Shown here: positions 1 through 16,194 of the stretch, in pieces
Layout: each line of letters starts with the position of its first letter
Numbering within the stretch: the stretch's first letter is position 1
NCBI RefSeq assembly: GCF_046105845.1
Contig: NZ_CP151004.1
Source of the DNA: Escherichia coli
Lineage (GTDB): Bacteria; Pseudomonadota; Gammaproteobacteria; Enterobacterales; Enterobacteriaceae
DNA length: 64,000 nucleotides
Reading direction: 5' to 3' (one strand)
Notes under the pieces: model-generated
Database searches by the model: none
Seen by the model: the letters and a program-made list of their open reading frames with translations, nothing else
Told to the model about the DNA's origin: nothing
Made by a program: the position numbers and the translations under genes

Positions 1-843
1 CGCGGAACACGAGCTACAGGTAAGAGATGACGAGGCAGCCTGTCCGCCAGTTGCGTTGTGATTGCCGGGAAATTCGATAAGCCACCACCAATGACGACCA
101 GGTCAGGGTCAACAATGGTCAGGATATTTCCCAGACAAACCGCTAATAAATCCAGATAACGCTCAACGTGCGCCCTTGCCTGCTCATCACCTTGATCATA
201 AAGCGCAATAATTTCGGGAGCCTGCAACGGTTGATGATAATAGTGTTGATACAGCCACGCAAAACCGCGACCAGACAGATAATTTTCAATGCAGCCATGC
301 TGACCACAGCCGCAGCGGCGTAACGGGAAATCCAGCCCCATCATGGTTAACGCATCAACCGGCAGACGCATATGGCCAAACTCGCCGGTAATATAGCTTT
401 TACCGGTAATTGGTTTACCGTTGAAAATCAGCCCGCCGCCAACGCCGGTGCCGAGAATCAACCCCATCACCAGTGGATATTGAGTAAATTCATCATCCCA
501 GGCTTCTGAAAGGGCAAAACAGTTGGCATCGTTATCAAGGCGGACATCGCGATCAAGACGTGCGCTCAGGTCGGCACGCAGCGGTTTACCGCTGGCAGCG
601 GGGACATTGGCGGCATACAGCGTACCATCTTCTGTTTCCGGCATTCCCGGAATACCGATGCCGACAGAGCCTTTACAGCCAAAACGTTGGTCAGCTTCAG
701 CTACCAGCTCACACACTGCATCTAAAAATGCGTCATAGCTGTCACGCGGTGTCGGCACCCGCTTTTCCCACTGCAACTGCCGACCGCTATCAAACACGCC
801 AAGCGCAATTTTTGTTCCACCAATATCAAACCCGTAATACATT
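1..843 (-). CDS. nagK: N-acetyl-D-glucosamine kinase, 5' portion only (C-terminus lies beyond window start)
   Basis: Reverse-complement translation from ATG at 843-841 reads MYYGFDIGG..., the NagK N-terminus; frame stays open to position 1. ROK-family kinase. Confidence 0.85.
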
Positions 844-870
844 GCCGCTCCTTGTTTTAATGTACTGCCT

Positions 871-4128
<3,258 letters not shown>

Positions 4129-4269
4129 CTAAAGGGCCTCATTTTCTCATCGGCCTTGTAGCCTGATCTTTATCTGAAAAATAACCAAATACAGACAGAT
4201 ACGCATTACACCACGCGACTGGCCCCTCAGGATCAACAGCATGTTAAATAAAAAGAGCGTGTTGTCCTG

Positions 4270-5343
4270 ATGAAACAAAAAGAGCTATGGATTAACCAGA
4301 TCAAAGGGTTATGTATTTGTCTGGTGGTGATTTATCACTCGGTTATTACCTTTTATCCGCATCTGACCACTTTCCAGCATCCGTTATCGGAAGTCCTGAG
4401 CAAATGCTGGATCTATTTCAATCTTTACCTTGCACCCTTTCGTATGCCGGTTTTTTTCTTTATATCCGGCTATTTGATTCGCCGCTATATCGACAGCGTA
4501 CCGTGGGGAAATTGTCTCGATAAACGGATCTGGAACATCTTCTGGGTGCTGGCGCTTTGGGGCGTGGTGCAGTGGCTGGCGTTAAGTGCGCTGAACCAGT
4601 GGCTGGCACCTGAGCGCGATTTAAGCAATGCCTCCAATGCCGCTTATGCCGATTCCACCGGTGAGTTCCTGCACGGGATGATCACCGCCAGCACCAGCTT
4701 GTGGTATCTGTATGCGTTAATTGTCTATTTCGTGGTATGTAAAATTTTTAGCCGTCTGGCGCTGCCACTATTCGCCTTGTTTGTACTGCTGAGTGTGGCG
4801 GTTAATTTCGTTCCCACGCCGTGGTGGGGAATGAACAGTGTGATCCGCAATTTGCCTTATTACAGCCTTGGCGCATGGTTTGGCGCAACAATAATGACCT
4901 GTGTTAAAGAGGTGCCGTTGCGCCGCCATCTGCTGATGGCTTCTTTGCTTACCGTTCTGGCGGTCGGTGCCTGGTTGTTTACTATCTCGCTGCTGTTGTC
5001 GCTGGTATCGATTGTGGTGATCATGAAGCTGTTTTATCAATACGAGCAACGTTTCGGTATGCGCTCCACCAGCCTGCTGAATGTGATTGGTTCCAACACC
5101 ATTGCTATCTACACCACCCATCGCATTCTGGTTGAAATATTCAGCTTAACTCTGCTTGCGCAAATGAACGCAGCACGCTGGTCGCCGCAAGTCGAACTGA
5201 CACTCCTGCTGGTTTACCCCTTTGTTAGTTTGTTCATCTGTACTGTTGCGGGCTTGCTGGTAAGAAAACTTTCACAGCGCGCATTCAGCGATCTGTTGTT
5301 CTCCCCGCCTTCTCTGCCCGCTGCCGTCAGTTACTCCCGCTAA
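4270..5343 (+). CDS. ycfT: Inner membrane protein YcfT (acyltransferase-3 family)
   Basis: 357 aa hydrophobic multi-pass ORF MKQKELWINQIKGLCICLVVIYH; divergent from lolC as in K-12. Confidence 0.9.
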   Translation: MKQKELWINQIKGLCICLVVIYHSVITFYPHLTTFQHPLSEVLSKCWIYFNLYLAPFRMPVFFFISGYLIRRYIDSVPWGNCLDKRIWNIFWVLALWGVVQWLALSALNQWLAPERDLSNASNAAYADSTGEFLHGMITASTSLWYLYALIVYFVVCKIFSRLALPLFALFVLLSVAVNFVPTPWWGMNSVIRNLPYYSLGAWFGATIMTCVKEVPLRRHLLMASLLTVLAVGAWLFTISLLLSLVSIVVIMKLFYQYEQRFGMRSTSLLNVIGSNTIAIYTTHRILVEIFSLTLLAQMNAARWSPQVELTLLLVYPFVSLFICTVAGLLVRKLSQRAFSDLLFSPPSLPAAVSYSR

Positions 5344-5470
5344 GCCATCGCCCCAGCCGGGGCGATTCAATTTGCTAAACCATGTCGATTACGGATAATG
5401 AACAGCATTGCTTATCAGAGATATGCCCCCATATGTTGAGGCATATCCTAACGAGAATCTGACAACCGTT

Positions 5471-8400
5471 ATGCCTGAACAATATCGTTATACGCTGCCC
5501 GTCAAAGCGGGTGAGCAGCGTCTGCTGGGCGAGTTAACCGGCGCTGCCTGCGCGACGCTGGTAGCGGAAATTGCCGAACGTCACGCCGGTCCGGTGGTAC
5601 TCATTGCACCAGATATGCAAAATGCCCTGCGTTTGCATGATGAAATCAGCCAGTTTACCGATCAAATGGTGATGAATCTGGCGGACTGGGAAACTCTTCC
5701 CTACGACAGTTTTTCGCCTCATCAGGACATTATTTCCTCGCGCCTTTCCACCCTTTACCAGCTACCGACGATGCAGCGTGGCGTACTGATTGTTCCGGTG
5801 AATACGCTTATGCAGCGCGTTTGCCCGCACAGTTTTCTCCACGGCCATGCGCTGGTGATGAAAAAAGGTCAGCGCCTGTCACGAGATGCATTACGATCCC
5901 AACTGGACAGCGCAGGTTATCGCCATGTTGACCAGGTGATGGAGCACGGCGAATACGCCACGCGCGGCGCATTGCTGGATCTCTTCCCGATGGGGAGTGA
6001 GCTGCCTTATCGTCTTGATTTTTTTGATGATGAAATTGACAGTCTGCGGGTGTTTGACGTCGATAGCCAGCGCACGCTGGAGGAAGTAGAAGAGATCAAT
6101 CTGCTTCCCGCGCACGAATTTCCGACCGATAAAGCGGCAATTGAACTGTTCCGCAGCCAGTGGCGTGATACCTTCGAAGTGAAGCGCGATCCGGAACATA
6201 TTTATCAGCAAGTGAGTAAAGGCACATTACCTGCCGGGATCGAGTACTGGCAGCCGCTATTCTTCAGCGAACCGCTGCCGCCACTGTTCAGTTATTTCCC
6301 TGCCAATACGCTGTTGGTGAATACTGGCGATCTGGAAAACAGTGCCGAACGTTTCCAGGCTGACACGCTGGCGCGTTTTGAAAATCGCGGCGTCGATCCG
6401 ATGCGTCCACTGTTGCCACCACAATCGCTCTGGCTGCGGGTAGACGAGCTCTTTTCAGAGCTGAAAAACTGGCCGCGTGTGCAGCTAAAAACTGAACATT
6501 TACCGACAAAAGCAGCGAATGCCAATTTAGGTTTCCAGAAACTGCCAGACCTGGCCGTTCAGGCACAACAAAAAGCGCCGCTGGATGCGCTGCGTAAGTT
6601 CCTCGAGTCTTTCGACGGTCCGGTGGTGTTCTCGGTAGAAAGTGAGGGTCGCCGTGAAGCGCTGGGTGAACTGCTCGCGCGAATTAAAATTGCTCCGCAA
6701 CGCATTATGCGTCTTGATGAAGCCAGCGACCGTGGGCGTTATTTGATGATTGGCGCTGCCGAACATGGTTTTGTCGATACGGTACGTAACCTGGCGCTGA
6801 TTTGCGAAAGCGATCTGCTCGGTGAACGCGTTGCCCGTCGTCGTCAGGATTCTCGCCGCGCCATCAACCCCGATACACTGATCCGTAACCTTGCGGAGCT
6901 GCATATTGGTCAGCCGGTGGTCCATCTGGAGCACGGTGTCGGGCGCTATGCCGGAATGACCACGCTGGAAGCGGGCGGTATTACTGGCGAGTATTTGATG
7001 CTCACCTATGCCAACGACGCCAAACTGTATGTTCCGGTGTCGTCACTGCATCTGATTAGCCGTTACGCAGGTGGCGCGGAAGAAAACGCCCCGCTGCATA
7101 AACTTGGCGGCGATGCGTGGTCACGCGCGCGGCAGAAAGCGGCGGAAAAAGTGCGTGATGTGGCGGCAGAATTACTGGATATTTACGCGCAACGCGCCGC
7201 CAAAGAGGGCTTCGCGTTTAAACACGATCGCGAGCAGTATCAGTTGTTCTGCGACAGCTTCCCGTTTGAAACCACGCCGGATCAGGCGCAGGCCATTAAT
7301 GCGGTGCTTAGCGACATGTGTCAGCCGCTGGCAATGGATCGTCTGGTGTGCGGCGATGTTGGCTTTGGTAAAACAGAAGTGGCGATGCGCGCCGCTTTCC
7401 TGGCAGTAGATAACCACAAGCAGGTGGCGGTGCTGGTGCCTACCACCCTTCTCGCGCAGCAGCATTACGACAACTTCCGCGACCGTTTCGCCAACTGGCC
7501 GGTACGTATCGAAATGATCTCCCGTTTCCGCAGCGCCAAAGAGCAGACGCAAATCCTTGCGGAAGTGGCGGAAGGGAAAATCGATATTCTGATCGGTACG
7601 CACAAACTGCTGCAAAGTGACGTCAAGTTTAAAGATTTAGGCCTGCTGATTGTCGATGAAGAACACCGCTTCGGGGTACGTCATAAAGAGCGCATTAAAG
7701 CGATGCGTGCGAACGTGGATATTCTGACGCTTACCGCTACGCCGATCCCACGTACGCTGAATATGGCGATGAGCGGAATGCGCGATCTGTCGATTATCGC
7801 CACACCGCCCGCCCGTCGTCTGGCAGTTAAAACCTTTGTCCGTGAGTATGACAGTCTGGTGGTCCGGGAGGCGATCCTGCGTGAAATTTTGCGCGGGGGA
7901 CAGGTTTATTATCTCTACAATGATGTGGAAAACATCCAGAAAGCCGCCGAACGGCTGGCAGAACTGGTGCCAGAAGCGCGGATCGCCATCGGTCACGGGC
8001 AGATGCGCGAGCGCGAACTGGAACGGGTGATGAATGATTTCCATCATCAACGTTTCAACGTGCTGGTTTGTACCACCATTATCGAAACCGGGATCGACAT
8101 CCCGACAGCCAACACCATTATTATTGAACGCGCGGATCACTTCGGTCTGGCGCAGCTGCACCAGTTGCGCGGTCGCGTCGGGCGTTCGCACCACCAGGCG
8201 TATGCGTGGCTGTTAACGCCGCATCCAAAAGCGATGACTACCGATGCGCAAAAACGTCTTGAAGCGATTGCCTCACTGGAAGATCTCGGGGCAGGTTTTG
8301 CGCTGGCAACGCACGATCTGGAGATTCGCGGCGCGGGTGAACTGCTTGGCGAAGAACAAAGCGGCTCAATGGAAACCATCGGTTTCTCGCTGTATATGGA

Positions 8401-8917
8401 GTTGCTGGAAAACGCCGTCGATGCACTGAAAGCCGGACGCGAGCCGTCGCTGGAAGATCTCACCAGCCAGCAAACAGAAGTCGAGCTGCGGATGCCGTCG
8501 CTATTGCCAGATGATTTCATCCCTGACGTGAACACGCGTCTGTCGTTCTACAAACGTATTGCCAGCGCCAAAACGGAAAACGAACTGGAAGAGATCAAAG
8601 TCGAGCTTATCGATCGCTTCGGTCTGCTGCCGGATCCGGCGCGTACCCTGCTGGATATTGCCCGTCTGCGCCAGCAAGCGCAGAAACTGGGGATCAGGAA
8701 GCTGGAAGGTAATGAGAAAGGCGGCGTGATCGAATTTGCCGAGAAGAATCACGTTAATCCGGCATGGCTGATTGGTTTGCTGCAAAAACAGCCGCAGCAT
8801 TATCGCCTCGATGGCCCGACTCGCCTGAAGTTTATTCAGGATTTGAGCGAGCGGAAAACGCGTATCGAATGGGTACACCAGTTTATGCGTGAACTGGAAG
8901 AGAACGCCATCGCTTAA
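5471..8917 (+). CDS. mfd: Transcription-repair coupling factor Mfd
   Basis: ORF track 1169 aa; recognised Mfd starts MPEQYRYTLPVKAGEQ (1148 aa) at ATG 5471. Superfamily-2 helicase motifs present (GDVGFGKTEVA, DEEHRFG). Confidence 0.95.
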   Translation: MPEQYRYTLPVKAGEQRLLGELTGAACATLVAEIAERHAGPVVLIAPDMQNALRLHDEISQFTDQMVMNLADWETLPYDSFSPHQDIISSRLSTLYQLPTMQRGVLIVPVNTLMQRVCPHSFLHGHALVMKKGQRLSRDALRSQLDSAGYRHVDQVMEHGEYATRGALLDLFPMGSELPYRLDFFDDEIDSLRVFDVDSQRTLEEVEEINLLPAHEFPTDKAAIELFRSQWRDTFEVKRDPEHIYQQVSKGTLPAGIEYWQPLFFSEPLPPLFSYFPANTLLVNTGDLENSAERFQADTLARFENRGVDPMRPLLPPQSLWLRVDELFSELKNWPRVQLKTEHLPTKAANANLGFQKLPDLAVQAQQKAPLDALRKFLESFDGPVVFSVESEGRREALGELLARIKIAPQRIMRLDEASDRGRYLMIGAAEHGFVDTVRNLALICESDLLGERVARRRQDSRRAINPDTLIRNLAELHIGQPVVHLEHGVGRYAGMTTLEAGGITGEYLMLTYANDAKLYVPVSSLHLISRYAGGAEENAPLHKLGGDAWSRARQKAAEKVRDVAAELLDIYAQRAAKEGFAFKHDREQYQLFCDSFPFETTPDQAQAINAVLSDMCQPLAMDRLVCGDVGFGKTEVAMRAAFLAVDNHKQVAVLVPTTLLAQQHYDNFRDRFANWPVRIEMISRFRSAKEQTQILAEVAEGKIDILIGTHKLLQSDVKFKDLGLLIVDEEHRFGVRHKERIKAMRANVDILTLTATPIPRTLNMAMSGMRDLSIIATPPARRLAVKTFVREYDSLVVREAILREILRGGQVYYLYNDVENIQKAAERLAELVPEARIAIGHGQMRERELERVMNDFHHQRFNVLVCTTIIETGIDIPTANTIIIERADHFGLAQLHQLRGRVGRSHHQAYAWLLTPHPKAMTTDAQKRLEAIASLEDLGAGFALATHDLEIRGAGELLGEEQSGSMETIGFSLYMELLENAVDALKAGREPSLEDLTSQQTEVELRMPSLLPDDFIPDVNTRLSFYKRIASAKTENELEEIKVELIDRFGLLPDPARTLLDIARLRQQAQKLGIRKLEGNEKGGVIEFAEKNHVNPAWLIGLLQKQPQHYRLDGPTRLKFIQDLSERKTRIEWVHQFMRELEENAIA

Positions 8918-9060
8918 TGGTAAATCGGGGGCGTTTCTGCGCCCCCATCTGCAACATTTACAAATTCTTTGCACTTCCCTGCACTATCCGACACTGTCAC
9001 CATCCATAATTCAGGCTTATCTGTTTATTACAATAACCTTATATTTATTATGGATTTTTG

Positions 9061-10023
9061 GTGATGATCAAAACGCGTTTTTCTCGCTGGCTAACGTTTT
9101 TTACGTTCGCCGCTGCCGTGGTGCTGGCGCTGCCGGCAAAAGCCAACACCTGGCCGCTGCCGCCAGCGGGCAGTCGTCTGGTTGGCGAAAATAAATTTCA
9201 TGTGGTGGAAAATGACGGTGGTTCTCTGGAAGCCATCGCCAAAAAATATAACGTCGGCTTTCTCGCTCTGTTACAGGCTAACCCCGGCGTTGATCCTTAC
9301 GTACCGCGCGCGGGTAGCGTGTTAACGATCCCGTTGCAAACCCTACTTCCAGACGCGCCGCGCGAAGGCATTGTGATCAACATTGCGGAGCTGCGTCTCT
9401 ATTACTACCCGCCGGGTAAAAATTCGGTAACCGTGTATCCCATCGGCATTGGTCAGTTGGGTGGTGACACGCTGACACCGACAATGGTGACCACCGTTTC
9501 AGACAAACGTGCAAACCCAACCTGGACGCCAACGGCAAACATCCGCGCCCGTTATAAAGCACAGGGAATTGAGTTGCCTGCGGTAGTTCCGGCTGGACCG
9601 GATAACCCAATGGGCCATCATGCGATTCGTCTGGCGGCCTATGGCGGTGTTTATTTGCTTCACGGTACGAACGCCGATTTCGGCATTGGCATGCGGGTAA
9701 GTTCTGGCTGTATTCGTCTGCGTGATGACGATATCAAAACACTCTTTAGCCAGGTCACCCCTGGTACCAAAGTGAATATCATCAACACCCCGATTAAAGT
9801 CTCTGCCGAACCAAACGGTGCGCGTCTGGTTGAAGTACATCAACCGCTGTCAGAGAAGATTGATGACGATCCGCAACTGCTGCCAATTACACTGAATAGC
9901 GCAATGCAATCATTTAAAGATGCAGCACAAACTGACGCTGAAGTGATGCAACATGTGATGGATGTCCGTTCCGGGATGCCGGTGGATGTCCGCCGTCATC
10001 AAGTGAGCCCACAAACTCTGTAA
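9061..10023 (+). CDS. ldtC: L,D-transpeptidase LdtC (YcfS)
   Basis: Signal peptide followed by YkuD-type domain (HGT...SSGCIRL catalytic Cys motif). Start placed at GTG 9061 to give MMIKTRFSRW; ORF track starts one codon earlier at TTG. Confidence 0.88.
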   Translation: MMIKTRFSRWLTFFTFAAAVVLALPAKANTWPLPPAGSRLVGENKFHVVENDGGSLEAIAKKYNVGFLALLQANPGVDPYVPRAGSVLTIPLQTLLPDAPREGIVINIAELRLYYYPPGKNSVTVYPIGIGQLGGDTLTPTMVTTVSDKRANPTWTPTANIRARYKAQGIELPAVVPAGPDNPMGHHAIRLAAYGGVYLLHGTNADFGIGMRVSSGCIRLRDDDIKTLFSQVTPGTKVNIINTPIKVSAEPNGARLVEVHQPLSEKIDDDPQLLPITLNSAMQSFKDAAQTDAEVMQHVMDVRSGMPVDVRRHQVSPQTL

Positions 10024-10029
10024 ATCCTG

Positions 10030-10073
10030 GATAAAAAAATCCCCGCGACACGGCATGTCGCGGGGAAAAAAAT
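10030..10073. terminator. Bidirectional intrinsic terminator between convergent ldtC and bhsA
   Basis: Hairpin ccccgcgacacggcatgtcgcgggg flanked by A-run upstream and A-run downstream (T-run on the opposite strand). Confidence 0.75.
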
Positions 10074-10105
10074 CAGCAGTAGCAGGCATTAATGAGGGTT
10101 AATGC

Positions 10106-10363
10106 TTATTTATAAATTACTGCTGTTCCATGGAGGGTATTCGGACCGGTTACAGAAGTAATACGGAAAGATTTTGCGCCCATCTCATCCGCTTTTTGCG
10201 CCAGCTGCTCTTCCAGCGATCCCAGATTTGTCCCCGCGTTAGCACTGATAGTACCGACTTTTTGTTGGCCTTCTGGCGTTGACTGAACTTCGACAGCCGC
10301 AAAGCTGGCAAATGACATTGAGCTTAAAATCGCCGCAGCGATGAGGGTTTTTACGTTTTTCAT
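10106..10363 (-). CDS. bhsA: Multiple stress resistance / biofilm protein BhsA (YcfR), YhcN family
   Basis: 85 aa secreted small protein MKNVKTLIAAAILSSMSFASFA...; divergent from comR. Confidence 0.93.
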   Translation of the reverse strand: MKNVKTLIAAAILSSMSFASFAAVEVQSTPEGQQKVGTISANAGTNLGSLEEQLAQKADEMGAKSFRITSVTGPNTLHGTAVIYK

Positions 10364-10603
10364 AATAGTGGCCTTATGCAGATGAATGACGTCGCAAGCA
10401 ATTACTTAACGATCGATAACTAAATGATAGATGTGATCTGGATCACATACAAGATATTTTTTATAACAATCATTAATTAATTTAAAAATCTTTAAATTTC
10501 AGTTAAATAGAAAGCAATTATTTTTATGGTTTGTGGACTGGTGAACGGAGGTGATTATTTTTATAATAACCTTTCATTCACAGTCACCAGGTACAACGGC
10601 ATC

Positions 10604-11236
10604 ATGGCAACTGACTCAACACAATGTGTAAAAAAAAGCCGTGGCCGCCCAAAAGTGTTCGACAGGGATGCCGCGCTTGATAAGGCCATGAAATTGTTCT
10701 GGCAGCACGGTTATGAAGCGACTTCTCTTGCGGACCTCGTCGAAGCGACCGGAGCCAAAGCGCCCACGCTATACGCGGAATTTACCAACAAAGAGGGGTT
10801 ATTTCGCGCCGTACTCGACCGCTATATCGATCGTTTTGCCGCTAAGCATGAAGCACAGCTGTTTTGTGAAGAGAAAAGCGTGGAGTCTGCGCTGGCTGAC
10901 TATTTTGCTGCCATCGCCAACTGCTTTACCAGCAAAGACACCCCGGCAGGCTGCTTCATGATCAACAACTGCACCACCCTCTCCCCGGATTCCGGAGATA
11001 TCGGCAATACGCTGAAATCACGCCATGCGATGCAAGAGCGCACTTTGCAGCAGTTTTTATGTCAACGACAAGCGCGCGGGGAAATCCCGACCCACTGTGA
11101 CGTGACGCATCTGGCAGAATTCCTTAATTGTATTATTCAGGGGATGTCGATCAGCGCACGCGAAGGTGCATCGCTGGAAAAACTGATGCAGATTGCCCGA
11201 ACGACTTTGCGTTTATGGCCCGAACTGGTGAAATAA
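10604..11236 (+). CDS. comR: TetR-family transcriptional repressor ComR (YcfQ)
   Basis: ORF track 236 aa; recognised ComR begins MATDSTQCVKKSRGRPKVFDRD (210 aa) at ATG 10604; TetR-type N-terminal helix-turn-helix. Confidence 0.9.
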   Translation: MATDSTQCVKKSRGRPKVFDRDAALDKAMKLFWQHGYEATSLADLVEATGAKAPTLYAEFTNKEGLFRAVLDRYIDRFAAKHEAQLFCEEKSVESALADYFAAIANCFTSKDTPAGCFMINNCTTLSPDSGDIGNTLKSRHAMQERTLQQFLCQRQARGEIPTHCDVTHLAEFLNCIIQGMSISAREGASLEKLMQIARTTLRLWPELVK

Positions 11237-11240
11237 GGCG

Positions 11241-11280
11241 CAAAAAAAAGCCCCTCAGCCTGAGCGAATGAGGGGCTAAA
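11241..11280. terminator. Bidirectional intrinsic terminator between convergent comR and ycfJ
   Basis: Hairpin gcccctcagcctgagcgaatgaggggc preceded by aaaaaaaa. Confidence 0.7.
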
Positions 11281-11298
11281 TTGCAGAGTACAGCCTTG

Positions 11299-11838
11299 TT
11301 ATACTTTGTTATTCAAAATCAGTTGCCCGTTGCCATCTAACGGGATCTGCGTACCCGGATCGCGGTCCATGCGGATTTTGCCCTGCTGATCGCCAATCTT
11401 ATAGGTCACATCATAACCGAGCATTTTTTCTGATTTGTCATACACCGTTTTACAACGCTGTTGCGTAGTCGTGTAAGTATCGCTTTCCTGGAGAGAGCCC
11501 TGGATCTGGTTACCGGCATAGCCACCTCCCAGCGCCCCCACAACAGTGGCGACATCTTTACCGCGACCACCGCCAAACTGATGCCCTATCACGCCGCCAG
11601 CAACAGCGCCGAGCACCGACCCGGTAATGCGATTTTCATCCTGCACCGGTCGACGATGGGTCACTGTGACGTTGCGACACTCCTGACGCGGTGTTTTAAC
11701 CGTTTCCTTGATTGGGGTTGCAGAAACAACCTGAGCGTATTGCGGGCCACGTTCAAACACGTTCAGACTGGCCACTGCCGCTACGCCCAACGCAGCTGCG
11801 ACACCAATCCCGATACCCGCCAACATTGATTTATTCAC
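11299..11838 (-). CDS. ycfJ: Uncharacterised membrane protein YcfJ (glycine-zipper Rick_17kDa-like)
   Basis: Gly-rich glycine-zipper region (GAVAGGVIGHQFGGGRGK); start placed at GTG 11838 (MNKSMLAG, 179 aa), preceded by GGAGG Shine-Dalgarno. Confidence 0.85.
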   Translation of the reverse strand: MNKSMLAGIGIGVAAALGVAAVASLNVFERGPQYAQVVSATPIKETVKTPRQECRNVTVTHRRPVQDENRITGSVLGAVAGGVIGHQFGGGRGKDVATVVGALGGGYAGNQIQGSLQESDTYTTTQQRCKTVYDKSEKMLGYDVTYKIGDQQGKIRMDRDPGTQIPLDGNGQLILNNKV

Positions 11839-11965
11839 GGGAACACCTCCTTCTTTGCTGTTATGCCAATCATGCAAGTGAAGGAGAAAAGCAGCTATCA
11901 GACAGAAGATGAAAAGCGCGGGAATGGCTGGAAATACTTAGGGATTCGGAGGAGTCTGAAGGAAT

Positions 11966-12054
<89 letters not shown>

Positions 12055-12064
12055 TACAAGCCGA

Positions 12065-13369
12065 TTAATGCAACTTCAAACGTGGACGGATAACGCGGTT
12101 AATACTCCCCACCAGCATCATTAATCCGGTTTTAAAGTAACCATGCAGCGCAATCTGATGCATTCTGTATAGCGAGATGTATACAAAGCGCGCAATTCGT
12201 CCTTCAATCATCATTGAGCCGCGCGTCAGGTTACCCATCAGGCTACCGACGGTGGAGAAGTTCGACAGCGATACCAGCGAACCGTGATCTTTATACTGAT
12301 AATTTTTCAGCGGCTTACCGTTCATCTGCGCCAGAATGTTGTTCATTGCGCAAGTTGCCATCTGGTGTGCAGCCTGAGCGCGCGGCGGAACAAAGCCCCC
12401 TTCCGGACGCGGGCATGACGCGCAATCGCCAATAGCGTAAATGTCTGGATCGCGAGTGGTTTGCAGCGTCGGTTCCACCACCAGCTGGTTGATACGGTTG
12501 GTTTCAAGACCACCGATATCTTTCAGGAAGTCTGGCGCTTTGATCCCGGCTGCCCACACCATCAGATCAGCCTCAATATATTCGCCATCTTTAGTATGCA
12601 GGCCGCCTTCATCAGCACTGGTGACCATGGTTTGCGTCAGCACGCGAACGCCAAGTTTCGTTAACTCATTATGGGCCGCAGCAGAGATACGTGGCGGTAA
12701 TGCAGGCAAAATACGTTCGCCCGCTTCTACCAGCGTTACGTTCAGGGCTTCGTTGGTCAGACCTTTATAGCCGTAGCTGTGCAGTTGCTTGACCGCGTTG
12801 TGCAATTCAGCGGAGAGTTCTACACCCGTCGCGCCGCCACCGACAATCGCAATGTTCACTTTGCCATTCGCGCCCAGGTTGGCGGAGTATTTCAGGAACA
12901 GATTCAGCATCTCCTGGTGGAAGCGACGCGCCTGGTGCGGGTTATCGAGGAAAATGCAGTTCTCTTTGACACCTGGTGTATTGAAATCGTTAGAGGTGCT
13001 ACCCAGCGCCATTACCAGAGTGTCATAGGCGATTTTACGTTCCGGAACCAGCAGTTCACCTTTCTCGTCGCGCAGTTCTGCAATAGTGATTGTTTTCGCT
13101 TCACGATCAATATCAATGACGGAACCCAGCTGGAACTGGAAACCATGATTGCGCGCATGGGCCAGATAGCTCAACGCATCGACGCCTTCATCAAGCGAGC
13201 CAGTCGCTACTTCGTGCAGCAGCGGTTTCCACAGGTGGCTGTGGTTACGATCGACCAGCGTAATTTTGGCTTTTTTCTTGCGTCCCAGCTTATGCCCCAG
13301 CTGTGTTGCCATTTCCAGCCCACCAGCACCGCCGCCGACAATCACAATTTTTTTCAATGGCGTAGTCAA
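12065..13369 (-). CDS. ndh: Type II NADH:quinone oxidoreductase (NDH-2)
   Basis: FAD/NAD Rossmann motifs ([20 protein letters not shown]); recognised Ndh N-terminus [14 protein letters not shown], 434 aa, requires TTG start at 13369; ORF track is 9 codons longer. Confidence 0.93.
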
Positions 13370-13643
13370 CGTGACCCCCTTAAATTTATTAACCAATTGT
13401 TAATTAATGGTTATTAACATAGCTCTTAATTAACAACAGGTTACAGCAATGAAAATGTTCTTCGCTAATGAGAATAACATGAATGGTGCATTGGTCATAC
13501 CAAAATTGATGTTAATCAAGTTTTGTTGCTGAAAAGATAGGCGACTTTACCGGGTGAGATCAAAAAACAGAGTTTGTTGTTTATTATTTGAGCTGATTTG
13601 TGAGAATGATATAGAGTGAGGTGTGTATGGAGGGCGTTCGGTA

Positions 13644-13761
<118 letters not shown>

Positions 13762-13768
13762 AGGGCAT

Positions 13769-14311
13769 TTACCCGAGGGTTTTGAACGCTTTAATGCGCT
13801 GCAAATGCGGGGAGATATTCTTGAATTTGTGCGACTGCTCTTCGTCCCAGACAATCTCGTAATAATGATGCAGCTCTTCAGATGTTCGCTGGCTGTTAAG
13901 CGCTTCATCATTACGCGACAAAATCACCAGGCAACGATCGCGATTCTTTTCGCGGAAGTTGGTCACACACTTAGTGGCAATATCGGCATACTCTTCCGGG
14001 CGATCAATCTTGCCTTCCATGTTCTCATAAGGGAACAAATTAGGGTTGAAGATCACCTGGCGGATGTCGCAAAGAAAACCAATCCGTTCCGCCCAGTATC
14101 CGCCCAGACCAACGCCGCAAATTAGCGGACGCTCGTCAACGTTCAGTTGCAACATTTTGTCCACTTCTTTAAGCAGATGCTGCATATCATGTTTCGGATG
14201 CCGCGTACTGTAGCTTATCAAGCGTACATCCGGGTCAATAAACTGCAATTGTAAGACTTTCTCGTGGTTACCCGGACTGTTAGAGTCAAAACCGTGTAAA
14301 TAGATAATCAT
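13769..14311 (-). CDS. ycfP: UPF0227 esterase-like protein YcfP
   Basis: ORF track 199 aa; recognised YcfP begins [18 protein letters not shown] (180 aa) at 14311. Confidence 0.9.
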   Translation of the reverse strand: MIIYLHGFDSNSPGNHEKVLQLQFIDPDVRLISYSTRHPKHDMQHLLKEVDKMLQLNVDERPLICGVGLGGYWAERIGFLCDIRQVIFNPNLFPYENMEGKIDRPEEYADIATKCVTNFREKNRDRCLVILSRNDEALNSQRTSEELHHYYEIVWDEEQSHKFKNISPHLQRIKAFKTLG

Positions 14312-14333
14312 CGCTTCCTCACATAAGCCAGGG

Positions 14334-16174
<1,841 letters not shown>

Positions 16175-16194
<20 letters not shown>

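Noticed and set aside
8927-8946. Hairpin ggggg-cgtttctgc-gccccc after mfd as a terminator
   Set aside because: GC-rich stem is present but there is no downstream T-run, so an intrinsic terminator cannot be supported from sequence alone.
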